DNA of 63,989 nt from Octopus bimaculoides (lineage: Eukaryota): the NCBI RefSeq assembly GCF_001194135.2, contig NC_068990.1, positions 65,771,375-65,835,363 on the forward strand. The letters run 5' to 3'. Under the pieces are notes generated by a model. That model made no database searches. It saw only the letters and a program-made list of their open reading frames with translations, and was not told the DNA's origin. Numbering within the stretch: position 1 is the first letter of the stretch; every line of letters starts with the position of its first letter. A program made the translations under genes and the position numbers. Positions 25,405 through 37,843 of this stretch are shown piece after piece.

Positions 25405-25691
25405 ATATATATCTGTTTGTATGTATGTATACATGCGCGTGCACGCGTGTGCGTATATGTTTGTATGTGAATATGTGAATATAGTACAATATAGCCATTC
25501 ACTGCAAGCTTAGATACTATAGACGTGATTAGAATGTCGGAGAAAGAATCGCAAGAGAGATACTTCAAAATGAAACAATCAGCGGGAGACGTAGCCTGAA
25601 CCAAAAATGCGATGGTTGGATGATTCTTTTATTCTTTGTAATTCTTTTTTGGTTTCAGTCGTAGGATCGTGATTATGCTGGAGCATCGCCT

Positions 25692-25990
25692 TAATTTATG
25701 TTCTTTCTGTTTTATTGTTTTATGTCTGGAAGTTGATCTACGACTGAATTTGTAGCAGCTGATCTTCATTGAGTGTATCCTTGAATGGTTGGTTTGTCTG
25801 GTATCGTCATTAGGAGTATATCCAGTAATTTTTTTAATATTTCATTTGAGGTACCTTTTATGTTTATGATTTCTTTAGGAAAGGCAGTTGAACAATTGAG
25901 GACTTCGAAATATCAGACACTGAATAGAGTGTTTTTGATGGTGATTTCGGAGGGGTTATATTCGGAAGCTGACAGTATATAATTAGTTGA
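25692..25990 (-). mobile_element. CR1-like LINE, 3' end of ORF2 plus 3' UTR
   Basis: Minus-strand translation with one frameshift: FRSPQLFNCL/PKEIINIKGTSNEILKKLLDILLMTIPDKPTIQGYTQ*RSAATNSVVDQL, matching the post-RT C-terminus of invertebrate CR1/L2-group LINEs. Confidence 0.78.
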
Positions 25991-26200
25991 TCACGCTTGG
26001 GAATCCAGCCAGGAAGTGTGAAAATGATGGTTTCTTCTGACAGGACACTATGGAAGAGGTGTCTGAGAACTTTAACCTAACGACATTTCCATAAATGGTG
26101 GGGTGCGAAAATGGATGGAAGGATGGATTCCATTGCATCAAGATCTCAGGATTCCTGTTAATATAAGATCTAATTACAGTAACTACCTTAAGAGAAGAGG

Positions 26201-26854
26201 TTGGATCTATTTCAAAACGGGGGCACCAGTATTTTCTTAACGAAACACTTTGAAACTTGGGACACTGGTAGAATGTGTCATATAAAACATCTTTTACTCT
26301 TAGTCTTCTTAACAAAAAAATGTACATCGCAAGTTATTCCATGTTAAAGTTGTCGTATTTTTGTAATTTCAACCAATCACTGACGTCTATTCAGCTGAAT
26401 AGAGTTACTGCTGGGCGGTCATAAAAATGTTATTCCCTGTGACATATTTCATCCGGTTTAATCGTAATTTATACGCATATATTGTTTATATAATAAATTA
26501 CGCTGTGCGTATCTATGTGTGTAACAATTTTAGAGTTCGGATTCTAGAGTTAGGGTTAGTTTTAGGGTTAGGGTTAGGGTTAGGGTTAACAGTCTAGTTA
26601 GGGTTAGGGTTAGGGGATTAATACGATATACACCGTTACAGCGCTAACTGTTTTCAACTGAATAGACGTCAGTGATTAGTAGAAATTATCGAAATAAGAC
26701 AATTTTTTACATGAAATAAATTCGAATACAAACATTTTTTTCTGTTCTATAACACAAACTAGATAAGTATACGAAGTTTGAAAGTCTTTCGGTACCAAAA
26801 ACACTACATAAAACATAAATGAAAACTGGTGCCCCCGTTTTGAAATAGATCCAA
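26201..26854. mobile_element. 654-bp foldback/MITE with perfect 30-bp TIRs and a central TTAGGG tract
   Basis: ttggatctatttcaaaacgggggcaccagt (26201-26230) is the exact reverse complement of 26825-26854. A second perfect 20-bp inverted pair lies at 26375-26394 and 26658-26677, and the sequence between the two pairs is a degenerate inverted match. Confidence 0.9.
26550..26615 (+). repeat. Interstitial telomere-type repeat, 8 perfect TTAGGG units
   Basis: TTAGGG at 26550, 26562, 26568, 26574, 26580, 26598, 26604 and 26610. Confidence 0.93.
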
Positions 26855-28347
26855 GATGTTTTCTACATTGAAGGAACAACTCGTGTGGTCAGTGATCCTG
26901 CTACAAGTAGCAATGATATCGAATCTAGGTGAAAAAAAAAAAAAAATCACAGGAAAAATGTCACGGAAAAAAAATCAGAGGAAAAAATCACATGTAATGC
27001 CATCACATACAATGTTGTCAATATGTACAAGTCATATATTGCCAGTTAATGACTAATTTAAAATATTTTCTGTTTTGTCACTTTAATTGTTTATGGTACT
27101 TTAATAAATTGTGAGCGACCTGAATATTTTTGTTTGATTATCTGACTTTCCTTCCAAGATAAAATTGTGACTTTTTCTGTGACTGTGTTGCCGGCTACCA
27201 TAAATTAATTGTGACTTTTTTCCTGTGACTTTATTAACGGCCATGCCGATATCTCCCTCACAACACATACTACTCCCTTAAGAGAAATAAAAATGTATAT
27301 TAGATAATGTAGTCCTATATCTGATCTGTACACTGAGTCTGTGTAGAAGACAAGATGAGCACAGCTGGACTGGAATGTTTTCCGTCATTGTCTGCTCGAC
27401 TACACTGCAAGTGAATAACCATGTTTTATGATATTTTTTCCTTTTCCTCTGAAACTGTGGCTTTATCAGAAAACACCACCACCACTACCACCACCACCAC
27501 CACCACCACCATCACCACCACCGCGACCGCCGCTGCCGCCGCCACTGCCACCACGAAGAATTTCGCCAACACCTCCATAGANNNNNNNNNNNNNNNNNNN
27601 NNNNNNNNNNNNNNNNNNNNNNNNNNNNNNNNNNNNNNNNNNNNNNNNNNNNNNNNNNNNNNNNNNNNNNNNNNNNNNNNNNNNNNNNNNNNNNNNNNNN
27701 NNNNNNNNNNNNNNNNNNNNNNNNNNNNNNNNNNNNNNNNNNNNNNNNNNNNNNNNNNNNNNNNNNNNNNNNNNNNNNNNNNNNNNNNNNNNNNNNNNNN
27801 NNNNNNNNNNNNNNNNNNNNNNNNNNNNNNNNNNNNNNNNNNNNNNNNNNNNNNNNNNNNNNNNNNNNNNNNNNNNNNNNNNNNNNNNNNNNNNNNNNNN
27901 NNNNNNNNNNNNNNNNNNNNNNNNNNNNNNNNNNNNNNNNNNNNNNNNNNNNNNNNNNNNNNNNNNNNNNNNNNNNNNNNNNNNNNNNNNNNNNNNNNNN
28001 NNNNNNNNNNNNNNNNNNNNNNNNNNNNNNNNNNNNNNNNNNNNNNNNNNNNNNNNNNNNNNNNNNNNNNNNNNNNNNNNNNNNNNNNNNNNNNNNNNNN
28101 NNNNNNNNNNNNNNNNNNNNNNNNNNNNNNNNNNNNNNNNNNNNNNNNNNNNNNNNNNNNNNNNNNNNNNNNNNNNNNNNNNNNNNNNNNNNNNNNNNNN
28201 NGTCCGTTGCTATTTTGGCTGAGGGCCTCCGAATATAAACTTAAAAATAAACCTTCCCCCGGGTTGATTATCTTCAATGATTAGTTATTGGTCATCATTT
28301 TGTTTTTGATTTTTTATTGCTGTTCGTTATTGTTGTTGTTGTTCGTT

Positions 28348-28383
<36 letters not shown>

Positions 28384-29208
28384 GTCATCATTATTATTGC
28401 TTTTGTTTGAATTGTATGTCTGAACAAAAAAATAAAGAAGAGAAAAGAAAAGAAAAAGATAGGAAAAAAAAAGTCCAGAAAAATCATATAAAAGACCAAA
28501 AGCTGAAGGAAAAGAAGAAAAGAAAAGCGGTCGTTTCAAAACGAGGTTAACTTTATTTTGAAATCTAGATAAAACCAAACCGCAAGTTTATTTAGTAGTA
28601 AACGATCCAAAACAATACCGTATATCAAAGTTATATCAGAATCATCGGCATTTTCTTTCTTTCTTTTGTTTCCATCACCCTCCACTATCCCTCTCCATCC
28701 CTCTCTGATTCTTACTCTACCTCTCTTTATCTGTCTTCTTCCTCTCTCTCTTCCCCGCTCATTTTTATATATTTCTAGGTGAACAGTTCAAATTATATCT
28801 ATAAGACCAATGGGGATGTCGGAGAGAGTGTGGGAGGAGATATTCGTTTTATGTTCTGACAGCTCGGGATGAGGGTTTTCTGGCTATGATGATGGTGGCG
28901 GCTTTTATTGGTTCGTTAACTTCCAAATATAGAATTAGAACTTTGTTGTTGCCGTTGCTGCTCTCCATTCACCCACCTTTCTACAGCACACATCCTATCC
29001 TTAATCTGTAGACAGCTTTAAAACCCGAGATTGTTTTTTTTTATTTTTTATTTCGTCCAGGAACTTCGTCGGGACGTTTACAAGTAAAACACCGCTGATG
29101 TTCATATTGTTATTGATGGTGGTTAGAGAGATTGGCGATGGCCGTAGCGGTGTTTATGATTTGTTGTCGTTAATTGTAGTAGTTGTTAATTGGTATTATT
29201 AGCACTAA

Positions 29209-30300
29209 GGCGGCGAGCTGGTAGAATCATTGTAAGCACGACGAGCAAAACGCTTAGCGGTATTTCGTCAGTCTTCGTGTTCTGAGTTCAAATTCTGCCG
29301 GGGTCGACTTTGCCATTCACTCTTTTGGGATCGATAGAATAAGTACAAGTCAAGCACTAGGGTCGATGCATTCGATTTTACTGGTCCCTAGAATTGCTGG
29401 CCTTGTGCCAAAACTTGAAACCATTATTAATGCTATAGCTAAAGCGGTGAGCTGGCAGAATTGTTAGCACGCTTGACGAAATGCTTAGCGTTATTTCACC
29501 CCTCGCTACGTTCTGAGTTCTAATTCTGCCGAGGTCCACTTTAATTTTCATCCTGTCGGGGTCGATAAATTAAGTACCAGTTGAGTACTGGGGTCGATTT
29601 AATTGACTATTCCCCTACCCCAAATTTCAAATTTCAGGCCTTGTGCCGATAATAGAAAAGATAATCGTTGACATGCCGGACAAAATGCCTAGTGGCATTT
29701 CACCCTTCTTTATGCTCTATGTTCACATTCCGCCAAGGTCGACTTTCGGGGTCGATAAAATAAGTATCAGTTTAGCACTGGAATCGATGTAATCGACTTA
29801 CACTCTCCCTAAAATTGCTGGTCGCATGCCAAAATTTAACACCATTATTAATACAGCTCGTCGCCATAGCTGGCAGAATCTGGGACAAAGTGCTTCGAGG
29901 CATTTCTTCCAGTTTTACGTTCTGGCTTTAAATTCCGATTAGCTCCACTTTTCTTCGAGAAAATAAAATGCTACTCAAGTACTGAAGTCAATATAATCGA
30001 CTAACCCACTAGCCTTAAAATTACTGACTTTGTGTTATAAGCTGAAACGATTATTAATGATACAATTTCCCGGCTCTAAAAGTTCTGAGTTCAAACCCCA
30101 TGGAGGTCAATTCTGCCTTTCATCCTTTTGGGACTTGATTGTATCGACTTAATCGCTTTCCACATAATTGCTGGCCTTGTGTCTATATTGGAAACTATTA
30201 CTAAGGGCGATGGATTGACAGATTCATTATAGCATCAAACAAATTACGTTGCATTATCAGCACCGGTTCTTAAGGTTCGGAGATCAAGTCCTGCCGATAT
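29209..30300 (+). mobile_element. Head-to-tail cluster of about six diverged SINE family A copies
   Basis: Copies at about 29209-29430, 29443-29665, 29667-29852, 29868-30058, 30075-30200 and 30201-30300. They show recurring gctggcagaa / ttctgagttc / ggggtcgat / ttgctggccttgtg blocks and end in attattaat-like tails. Confidence 0.88.
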
Positions 30301-30422
30301 CAATGGTTGAGGAGCTTTCATCATCCACAGCAACTCTCAGGGCTGGTGACCCAGTTTCAATGGGGTACGAATGACCGAGATCACAATATTCACTTTGAAT
30401 AAACTTTGTCTCAGTTTTATTC

Positions 30423-30531
30423 TTTTACAGAGGAGTGGACTGGAGCAGTGTGATAATGAAAATGTTTTGCTCAAGAACACCGCACACCACCATGTCTGGG
30501 AATCATAACCACAATCACGAGTGCAACACAC
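30423..30531 (-). mobile_element. SINE family C fragment
   Basis: gagtggactggagcagtgtga...gttttgctcaagaacac...gggaatcataacc is the reverse complement of the head plus central domain. Confidence 0.75.
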
Positions 30532-30659
30532 TTACAAATTCACGCGACATCACACCTATATGATAATCCGCTTGTTCGTTCGCTCGTTATATTTTGGTTA
30601 TTTAGAGAGGTAGTGGTGGAGTGAGTGAGAGGTGGAGTAAAAGCGTATGTGGGATAGAC

Positions 30660-30707
<48 letters not shown>

Positions 30708-31036
30708 AGGGAGAGAGAGAGAGGGAGAGAGAGAGAGAGAGGGAGAGAGAGAGGGTAAGGAGTGTGGGTAAGAAGGAAGTGAGGAAGAAGTAGGGAAAGG
30801 GGTATAATAAGGCCAAATGCGTCACGTGGTTAGTTGAAGGAAGAGGCGAAGAGCGAAAGAAAGACAGTGAGAGAAAAGAGGTAGAAAGAAGTGTTAATTA
30901 CATGCTGTAGGGTGTGGGGAGGGAAAGGTAAGGAGAAAGTTTAGGATACAGCATCTAAGAGGGAGTTGTTTTGGTGGTGAGGTTAAAGAAAGGCAGATAA
31001 CGAGAGATAGACAGGGGAGGCAGTTACATTAAGAGA

Positions 31037-31090
<54 letters not shown>

Positions 31091-32041
31091 GAGTTAGTAG
31101 AAGTGAAAGTTGAAGAGAAAGAGAGAAATCTTAAAGACATGAAAACAGTAATTACATGAACGGGAATTACATGGTTAAAAATTTGTTGAAGTGGTAGAGA
31201 GCGAAATAAAAAGTGCTTAGTCGCGGGAAATTTTAAGATATATCATTGTGACTGGAAGTGAAATACGTAGCAAGATAAGAATAAAAGAGCAAATATTTTC
31301 TTTCATAAATAACTTCTCTTATTCGTTTTCGTTCCCTGGAATTTCTACGGGTCCCACTAGTTATAAATGAATCTTCTAGAGGGGCTTTGCTGGCTGGAAA
31401 ATCTCCGGTAACATTACCTGTAGTTATGTATTTTCCTCAGAGTAAAAAAGAAACACTTTGCGATGAAACAAAATACTAACAGCAGTTTCACTCCAAGAAC
31501 AAGCCCCACGAGTTCTCGTTAATAATTCCTGACAGTATACCTGTGATATAAATGTTCATCATTCGAAAACCAATCCCATATCACCGCAATTGTGACCCTA
31601 GATCATTCACAAAATTCTAAATTCCAGAAAAAGACATGCACCAAAGTTATTGACCAGCCAAACATTCGCCATTCATTCTTCTATCTAAACCACATCCTTC
31701 CTCTATCCTCTGTAACGATCTCTGAATATCAAGCATGATGGCTGTGTATTAAATCATTTACTTTACCGTCAAACTTGCGGTAGATATCATCCATTTACGA
31801 AGATTTCTGCTAGTAATGCAATAAAGTTGCTGCATATTGTATTATTGACAGTTGGCAGTATTGCTATCCCATGGTGCAATTTGATGAAAACACCCCATTC
31901 ATTCTCCAGCTGAAAATTAGTTTGTATTCCCGTTGAAGTATGTCGGATATATTTGTTTCTTGATATTCATTTAGTGTGGAACATCCAGATATTGTTTTAT
32001 TGGGGATTCGTACATGCATGCATAATTGCTCGTTCGCATCC

Positions 32042-32181
<140 letters not shown>

Positions 32182-33098
32182 GAGAGAGAGTGGAGAGAGA
32201 GAGTGGAGAGAGAGAGAAAATTACAGAAATTCACCGTTATATATCTATCTATCCTTCTTTCTGTCATTCCTATTTTTCCATTTCTTTTACTTAGTCGTAT
32301 CCTTAATCTCTCAGTCATTCCGTTTCTTGCTCTACTCCCTCTCACCCCTACATCATTCCTACTTTATCCCTCGCGCTCTCCTTCACCCCTCTCACCCCTC
32401 TCACCCTCGCTCACCCATCTCACCCTCGCTCACCCATCTCACTCTTTCTTACTCCTTCCCTCTTTTCAGTTTCCCTATTACCGTAACTTATGAAAATTCC
32501 TCCGTTAATCTATTATACATTCATCCCACACTCCCGCTTTCTCTTCCTATCCCCTCTCTCTAAGTTCCCTTCCACTTTGCCACTGGTATTTCATGTCACT
32601 GCTTCTACTCTCTTATTTTCATATCTTTCCCTGTTACCTTGTATTCCCTAGAAATGCTACAAGAAGCAGCCGCAGTCCAGAAATTGTTTATACCCCGTTG
32701 TTTTTGCTTGAAATGCTTATCTGTCAATAACATTACGTTTGTTAGGAAATTGGAAAAGGAAGACGGAACAGAAAAAAAAGACATAGAAAGTATGGAGAAA
32801 ATGATGAAGGAGTCGAAGGGAGAAATAACAAAGCGGGAGGAGTGGTAAAAAGTACGACTCTGATGGAACAAGAAGAAACGTGAGAGAACGAAAACATGAA
32901 AGAAGGAAATAGAATGAAGAGAAAGAATGAGAATACGAGGAAACAAAACAAGAAAAGTAGTTATTCGTGAAGTAAAGTCGACGGCGAGAAAGAGAGATGA
33001 AAAGAAGTGAATGAAAAAAGACTGAATGAAAATGGCGAGAAGCAGAGTAAAAAGTAAAAGATTTAGAATTGAAACACACACGCACACACACACACACA

Positions 33099-33158
<60 letters not shown>

Positions 33159-33159
33159 A

Positions 33160-33391
33160 GGCGGTGAGCTGGCAGAAATGTTAGCACGCCGGGCGAAATG
33201 CTTAGCGGTATTTCGTCTGCCGCTACGTTCTGAGTTCAAATTCCGCCGAGGTCGACTTTGCCTTTCATCCTTTCGGGGGTCGATTAAATAAGTACCAGTT
33301 ACGTACTGGGGTCAATATAATCGGCTTAATCCGTTTGTTTGTCCTTGTTTGTCCCTTCTGTGTGTAGCCCCTTCTGGGTAGTAAAGAAATA
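33160..33391 (+). mobile_element. Full-length, well-preserved SINE family A
   Basis: ggcggtgagctggcagaaatgttagcacgccgggcgaaatgcttagcggtatttcg...ttctgagttcaaattccgccgaggtcgactttgcctttcatcctttcgg...; used as the reference for family A in this window. Confidence 0.93.
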
Positions 33392-33559
33392 ACACACATA
33401 CATACACACACACATATACATATATATATATGCGTACATATATATTCTTTTATTCTTTCATTCTTTTGTGTGTTTCGTCCTAAAGGCTGTAGCCATGCTA
33501 GGGCTTCACCAGTATCATCATCTTTTCAGTGGTCAGTCCTGTGTGGTTAGCTTTTGGTA

Positions 33560-34075
33560 AACGAGGAAGTTTCATATTGCTGCACTCGTTTGACTTTCTT
33601 TCATCATTGTAGGTACATTGGGATCTTTGAAGTCTGCAGGTCAAGGTGCTTCTTGAAAACACCTATCCCCAATCCATATAGATTTCTCAGGTTTTTTTGG
33701 TAAGATATTAAATATTCTGGGGGTCTTCAAATCCAAAGCGATTACAGCACCTGATCCGAATCCAAGACAGGATGAGTGGGTCCTTTGGAGCTCCAGTGGT
33801 ATCCTGTTCGGATTGGTAGTGACATAACTCCCGATGCCAAAGTTTGGTGCTGACCCCTATAAATTCGCCCATATGTATATCATCCTCGGGTTAGAGTCGC
33901 AATTGTTTCAGTCTCTTCCAATACTCCAAGTTTGTCTCTAATGTAGTCTTCCTGATGTAGCACTATTGAACTGTCTCCAGTTCCGTTATTAAATTGACAT
34001 CGTAGGGTGTCAAGCACTGTGTTTGACTCTCGGATTGCTGCTCCTTTTGGTCATAATAATTTTCACTGCGACGTG
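33560..34075 (-). mobile_element. CR1-like LINE, decayed ORF2 C-terminal fragment
   Basis: Minus strand: PYDVNLITELETVQ*CYIRK...LEYWKRLKQLRL*, later IFNILPKK/LRNL...GVFKKHLDL with frameshifts. Same region type as 25692-25990. Confidence 0.82.
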
Positions 34076-34824
34076 ATCATACAAGCTGGCTGATATGTAT
34101 ACACACACATACACACATGCACACACATACACACGCAAACGCTCGCGTGCACACACATATATGCACATATATATTCATACACGTATACATACATATATAT
34201 ACGCATATATATGCATATATATTTGTGTCTGTGCGTGTGTGTCTGTGTGTGTGTGTGTGTGTGTTTCTATGTGTGCGCGTATGATATGCGTGTGTGTAAA
34301 TGGAAGCAGACATTGCAGAATTGCTTAGAATTTCGGTACTCAGGAGCGGAATCCCTGTTTCGAAATTACAACATGGCTTGTTGGTTAAGTGTCCTTCCTA
34401 TACTTTTGTCTTGATCCAAGGAATATCTGTAAAATTAGAGCCAGTTCTTCAAAAAAAAAAAAAAAAATCTCGAATCAGTCCAAATTTTCTCCCCGAAATT
34501 TCCTTGACTCAATCATCATTCGGATTGCACCTGAATTGAAAAACGATAACTTTATTAATGTAATGCTATAATTTCATGGGTACGAAACCAAGGCAGCGTT
34601 ATCTGTGTATTCCTCAATTTCCTGAATTATGTTGTTCTGTACATTGAACTACTAAGGTACACATTGATCCAAACTAACGCGTGTTCAATCATAGATATGC
34701 ACTCATTCGAATTTAGGTCCACCAGTAAGTAAATATGTATCTAGATACGATTTCTTTTGTAAGAATGATAACACTGTTGGTCAGTTGATGGATAGTTTTA
34801 ATGAGCACCGATGAAGTAACAAAT

Positions 34825-34940
34825 TCAATTGTGGGTTCGCTCCGATTGCGCGGTACCTCGGGCAAGAGTCTTCTTTTAAAGCCCCGGATAAAACAGTGGG
34901 TCGTGAGTGAATTTGGCAAGTGGAGACTAAGTGGAGTCTA
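34825..34940 (+). mobile_element. SINE family B fragment, old
   Basis: gggttcgctccgattgcgcggtacctcgggcaagagtcttct...gtgagtgaatttgg. Confidence 0.6.
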
Positions 34941-35526
34941 CCACACATCCATCCATCCACCCATCCATCCATCCATCCTTCCATCTTTCCATCTAGCCAT
35001 CCATACCTACATAAATATTTCAGCTTATCAATCCATTTTATAGTCTGCTCAAATGAATTGATAAGCTCACATATAAAATCCAAAGGTACATCTTTTTCCC
35101 TCTGATGAATTTATACTCATGTCACATAAATGTAAATTTAATGTCCAAATTTATAATTNNNNNNNNNNNNNNNNNNNNNNNNNNNNNNNNNNNNNNNNNN
35201 NNNNNNNNNNNNNNNNNNNNNNNNNNNNNNNNNNNNNNNNNNNNNNNNNNNNNNNNNNNNNNNNNNNNNNNNNNNNNNNNNNNNNNNNNNNNNNNNNNNN
35301 NNNNNNNNNNNNNNNNNNNNNNNNNNNNNNNNNNNNNNNNNNNNNNNNNNNNNNNNNNNNNNNNNNNNNNNNNNNNNNNNNNNNNNNNNNNNNNNNNNNN
35401 NNNNNNNNNNNNNNNNNNNNNNNNNNNNNNNNNNNNNNNNNNNNNNNNNNNNNNNNNNNNNNNNNNNNNNNNNNNNNNNNNNNNNNNNNNNNNNNNNNNG
35501 TGTGTGCGTGCGTGCGTGCGTATGTA

Positions 35527-36405
35527 CAGGGTGCGATGGGTAAATTGTCGCTATTTTATGTTTCTAATTTCCTGCAGGTGCCCTATTTGTTTTTAATTTT
35601 GTGGGCTACACAGTATAGTAGGGTCAGTTGGTCACCGTCTATGAGAAAACCAGCACCATGACGTTATTCATTCTGCCAGAAATGTGGAGACGACACGCTG
35701 TACTGCTTAGCATTCGCGCCGAAAGCTCCAATACGAACATTTCAAAGTGTTAGGGTCTCAATCTGAGGGCAGTGCAATCTGAGGACATGTACTGAGAGTG
35801 ATAAAAAAATCAAACATCCAATCTACATCATGGTGGTTGGAGTAATCACTAGTAATGGCGACGTTATGCCTCCTTTCATCTTCCCACACGGCTCCAGACT
35901 CAACACAGAGGCCGAAATCAAGTGCCTGGAGGAGTTTGTGCTGCCCTGGGTAAAGAGGGTGGTTGTTGGAAGATCCTATGTCTGACAACAGGACTCTGCA
36001 CCATGCCATACAAGCAGGAGAACCCAGTCATAACTGTCAGACAATTTCTGCGACCACATTATCCCAAAAATCTGGCTACCTTACTCCCTAGACTGCAATC
36101 CAATTGACTGTGAAGCGCAGTTGAGCGAGAGACCAACAAAACTTCTATTAACACCAAAGATGAACTGAAGGCAAGGATTATGACAGCATTCACCAACTTA
36201 AACAAGAAGACCGTCAAGAAGAATTGCACGAGATTCTGAAATCGTCTGGCCGTGGTTAAAGCCAACAGCGATTTTATTGAATAAATTTACTCTGTAGTAT
36301 TTCAAGCTATTTTTATGTAATTTTGGTAAATATATCTGTTAATTTGAGATATCAGTGTTAGTTTCATTATTGCATAATTTAGATGACACTTTGATCAGCG
36401 CACCC

Positions 36406-36407
<2 letters not shown>
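35527..36407 (+). mobile_element. Tc1/mariner superfamily, DD37D (maT-like) transposon, internally deleted
   Basis: TA|CAGGGTGCG at the left end and CGCACCCTA|TA at the right (about 27-bp imperfect TIRs). Translation KHPIYIMVVGVITSNGDVMPPFIF...QQDSAPCHTSRRTQS*LSDNFCDHIIPKIWLPYSLDCNPID has exactly 37 residues between the last two Asp. Confidence 0.92.
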
Positions 36408-36484
<77 letters not shown>

Positions 36485-36491
36485 GTAGCGC

Positions 36492-36528
<37 letters not shown>

Positions 36529-37778
36529 NNNNNNNNNNNNNNNNNNNNNNNNNNNNNNNNNNNNNNNNNNNNNNNNNNNNNNNNNNNNNNNNNNNNNNNN
36601 NNNNNNNNNNNNNNNNNNNNNNNNNNNNNNNNNNNNNNNNNNNNNNNNNNNNNNNNNNNNTATATATACATTCTGTAAATAATAATAAGAGTATTTTATA
36701 AGCTTAAAGCTTATAAGCGATCACCATATATACATAAATCCTTTATCTGCTGTCTTTGTACAAAAGAATCGCTATACATATTATCATATAAACAAAATGA
36801 TTTAATTAATTGCCAATCTGAAGCACTATGCACATGTAAACATAGGTTTTATAAAACTTTTAAACACCATAAGAGATCAAGTAAAGTCTCACATTGATAT
36901 CTTATTTTTCTTATTTTTCCTATTTTTCATGTGGTGGTATCATAATAATAGTGGAATGATTACAAGTAAGAAAAAAGAAAATTAAATTTGAAGTATTTTG
37001 AGTATACACATATTCACATAACATAAATTCTCCATTGGATGAATGCTAGAAAGGTCTTCCTGAAATTTAAACCCGTAGACCTCTAATGTACAACAAACTG
37101 ATTTTTACATTTGCATAAAATATAACAATGACATCTTCCAGTTTCATTTATTTACAACTATAAAAGGCAAAAATTTAATTACTTTTATTTTCTGCATTTA
37201 TGGATCACATAGTGAAGAGAATTGAATTATGGGATTTATATTATAAACAGCCATTATGGATTACCTCAGAGGATTTCACCACGGATGTATATTTTTCCTT
37301 CAAAATTTTTTAGCACAAGATTGTACAAACGCATATTTAAGATAGTAACTTTTAAACAATATTTTTAAACAACATCTTTTTCATATATTTTTAAATAGTA
37401 TTCGATTGGCTATACGGAATTTCACCCTATTTATATCTGACGAATGGCTGTATTACCTAATAATGATTACCAAATTTAGATTCCATTTCTAAGGGTAATA
37501 AATTCACGAAACGATCGTAAGATATTTTAAACCTTTTAAGTAATCATACTTTATATATTTATACATCTATCTATTAATACAGCATTATTTTGGACTTATA
37601 TCTTCTGTGATGATTTTTGATGTAATTTTCCTGCACTTATTTTATATTAAATAATATATAATCGCTCTTATTAAAAGTCTAAATGCTTTAATGTTTTAGA
37701 AACTTCCCTACCAAGAGCACTTATTAAAAAATTCAGTATATTGTATTCTCATTGAATATATTTGATTAATGATATACA

Positions 37779-37843
<65 letters not shown>

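Noticed and set aside
25990-26200. Plus-strand fragment FF*QD...FP...GWIPLHQDL, loosely like a Tc1 catalytic region
   Set aside because: It needs several frameshifts and lacks the diagnostic residues.
30800-30830. tataat plus overlapping CRE/E-box-like tgcgtcacgtgg in a purine-rich tract
   Set aside because: A single short motif with no associated transcript evidence; expected by chance in 64 kb.
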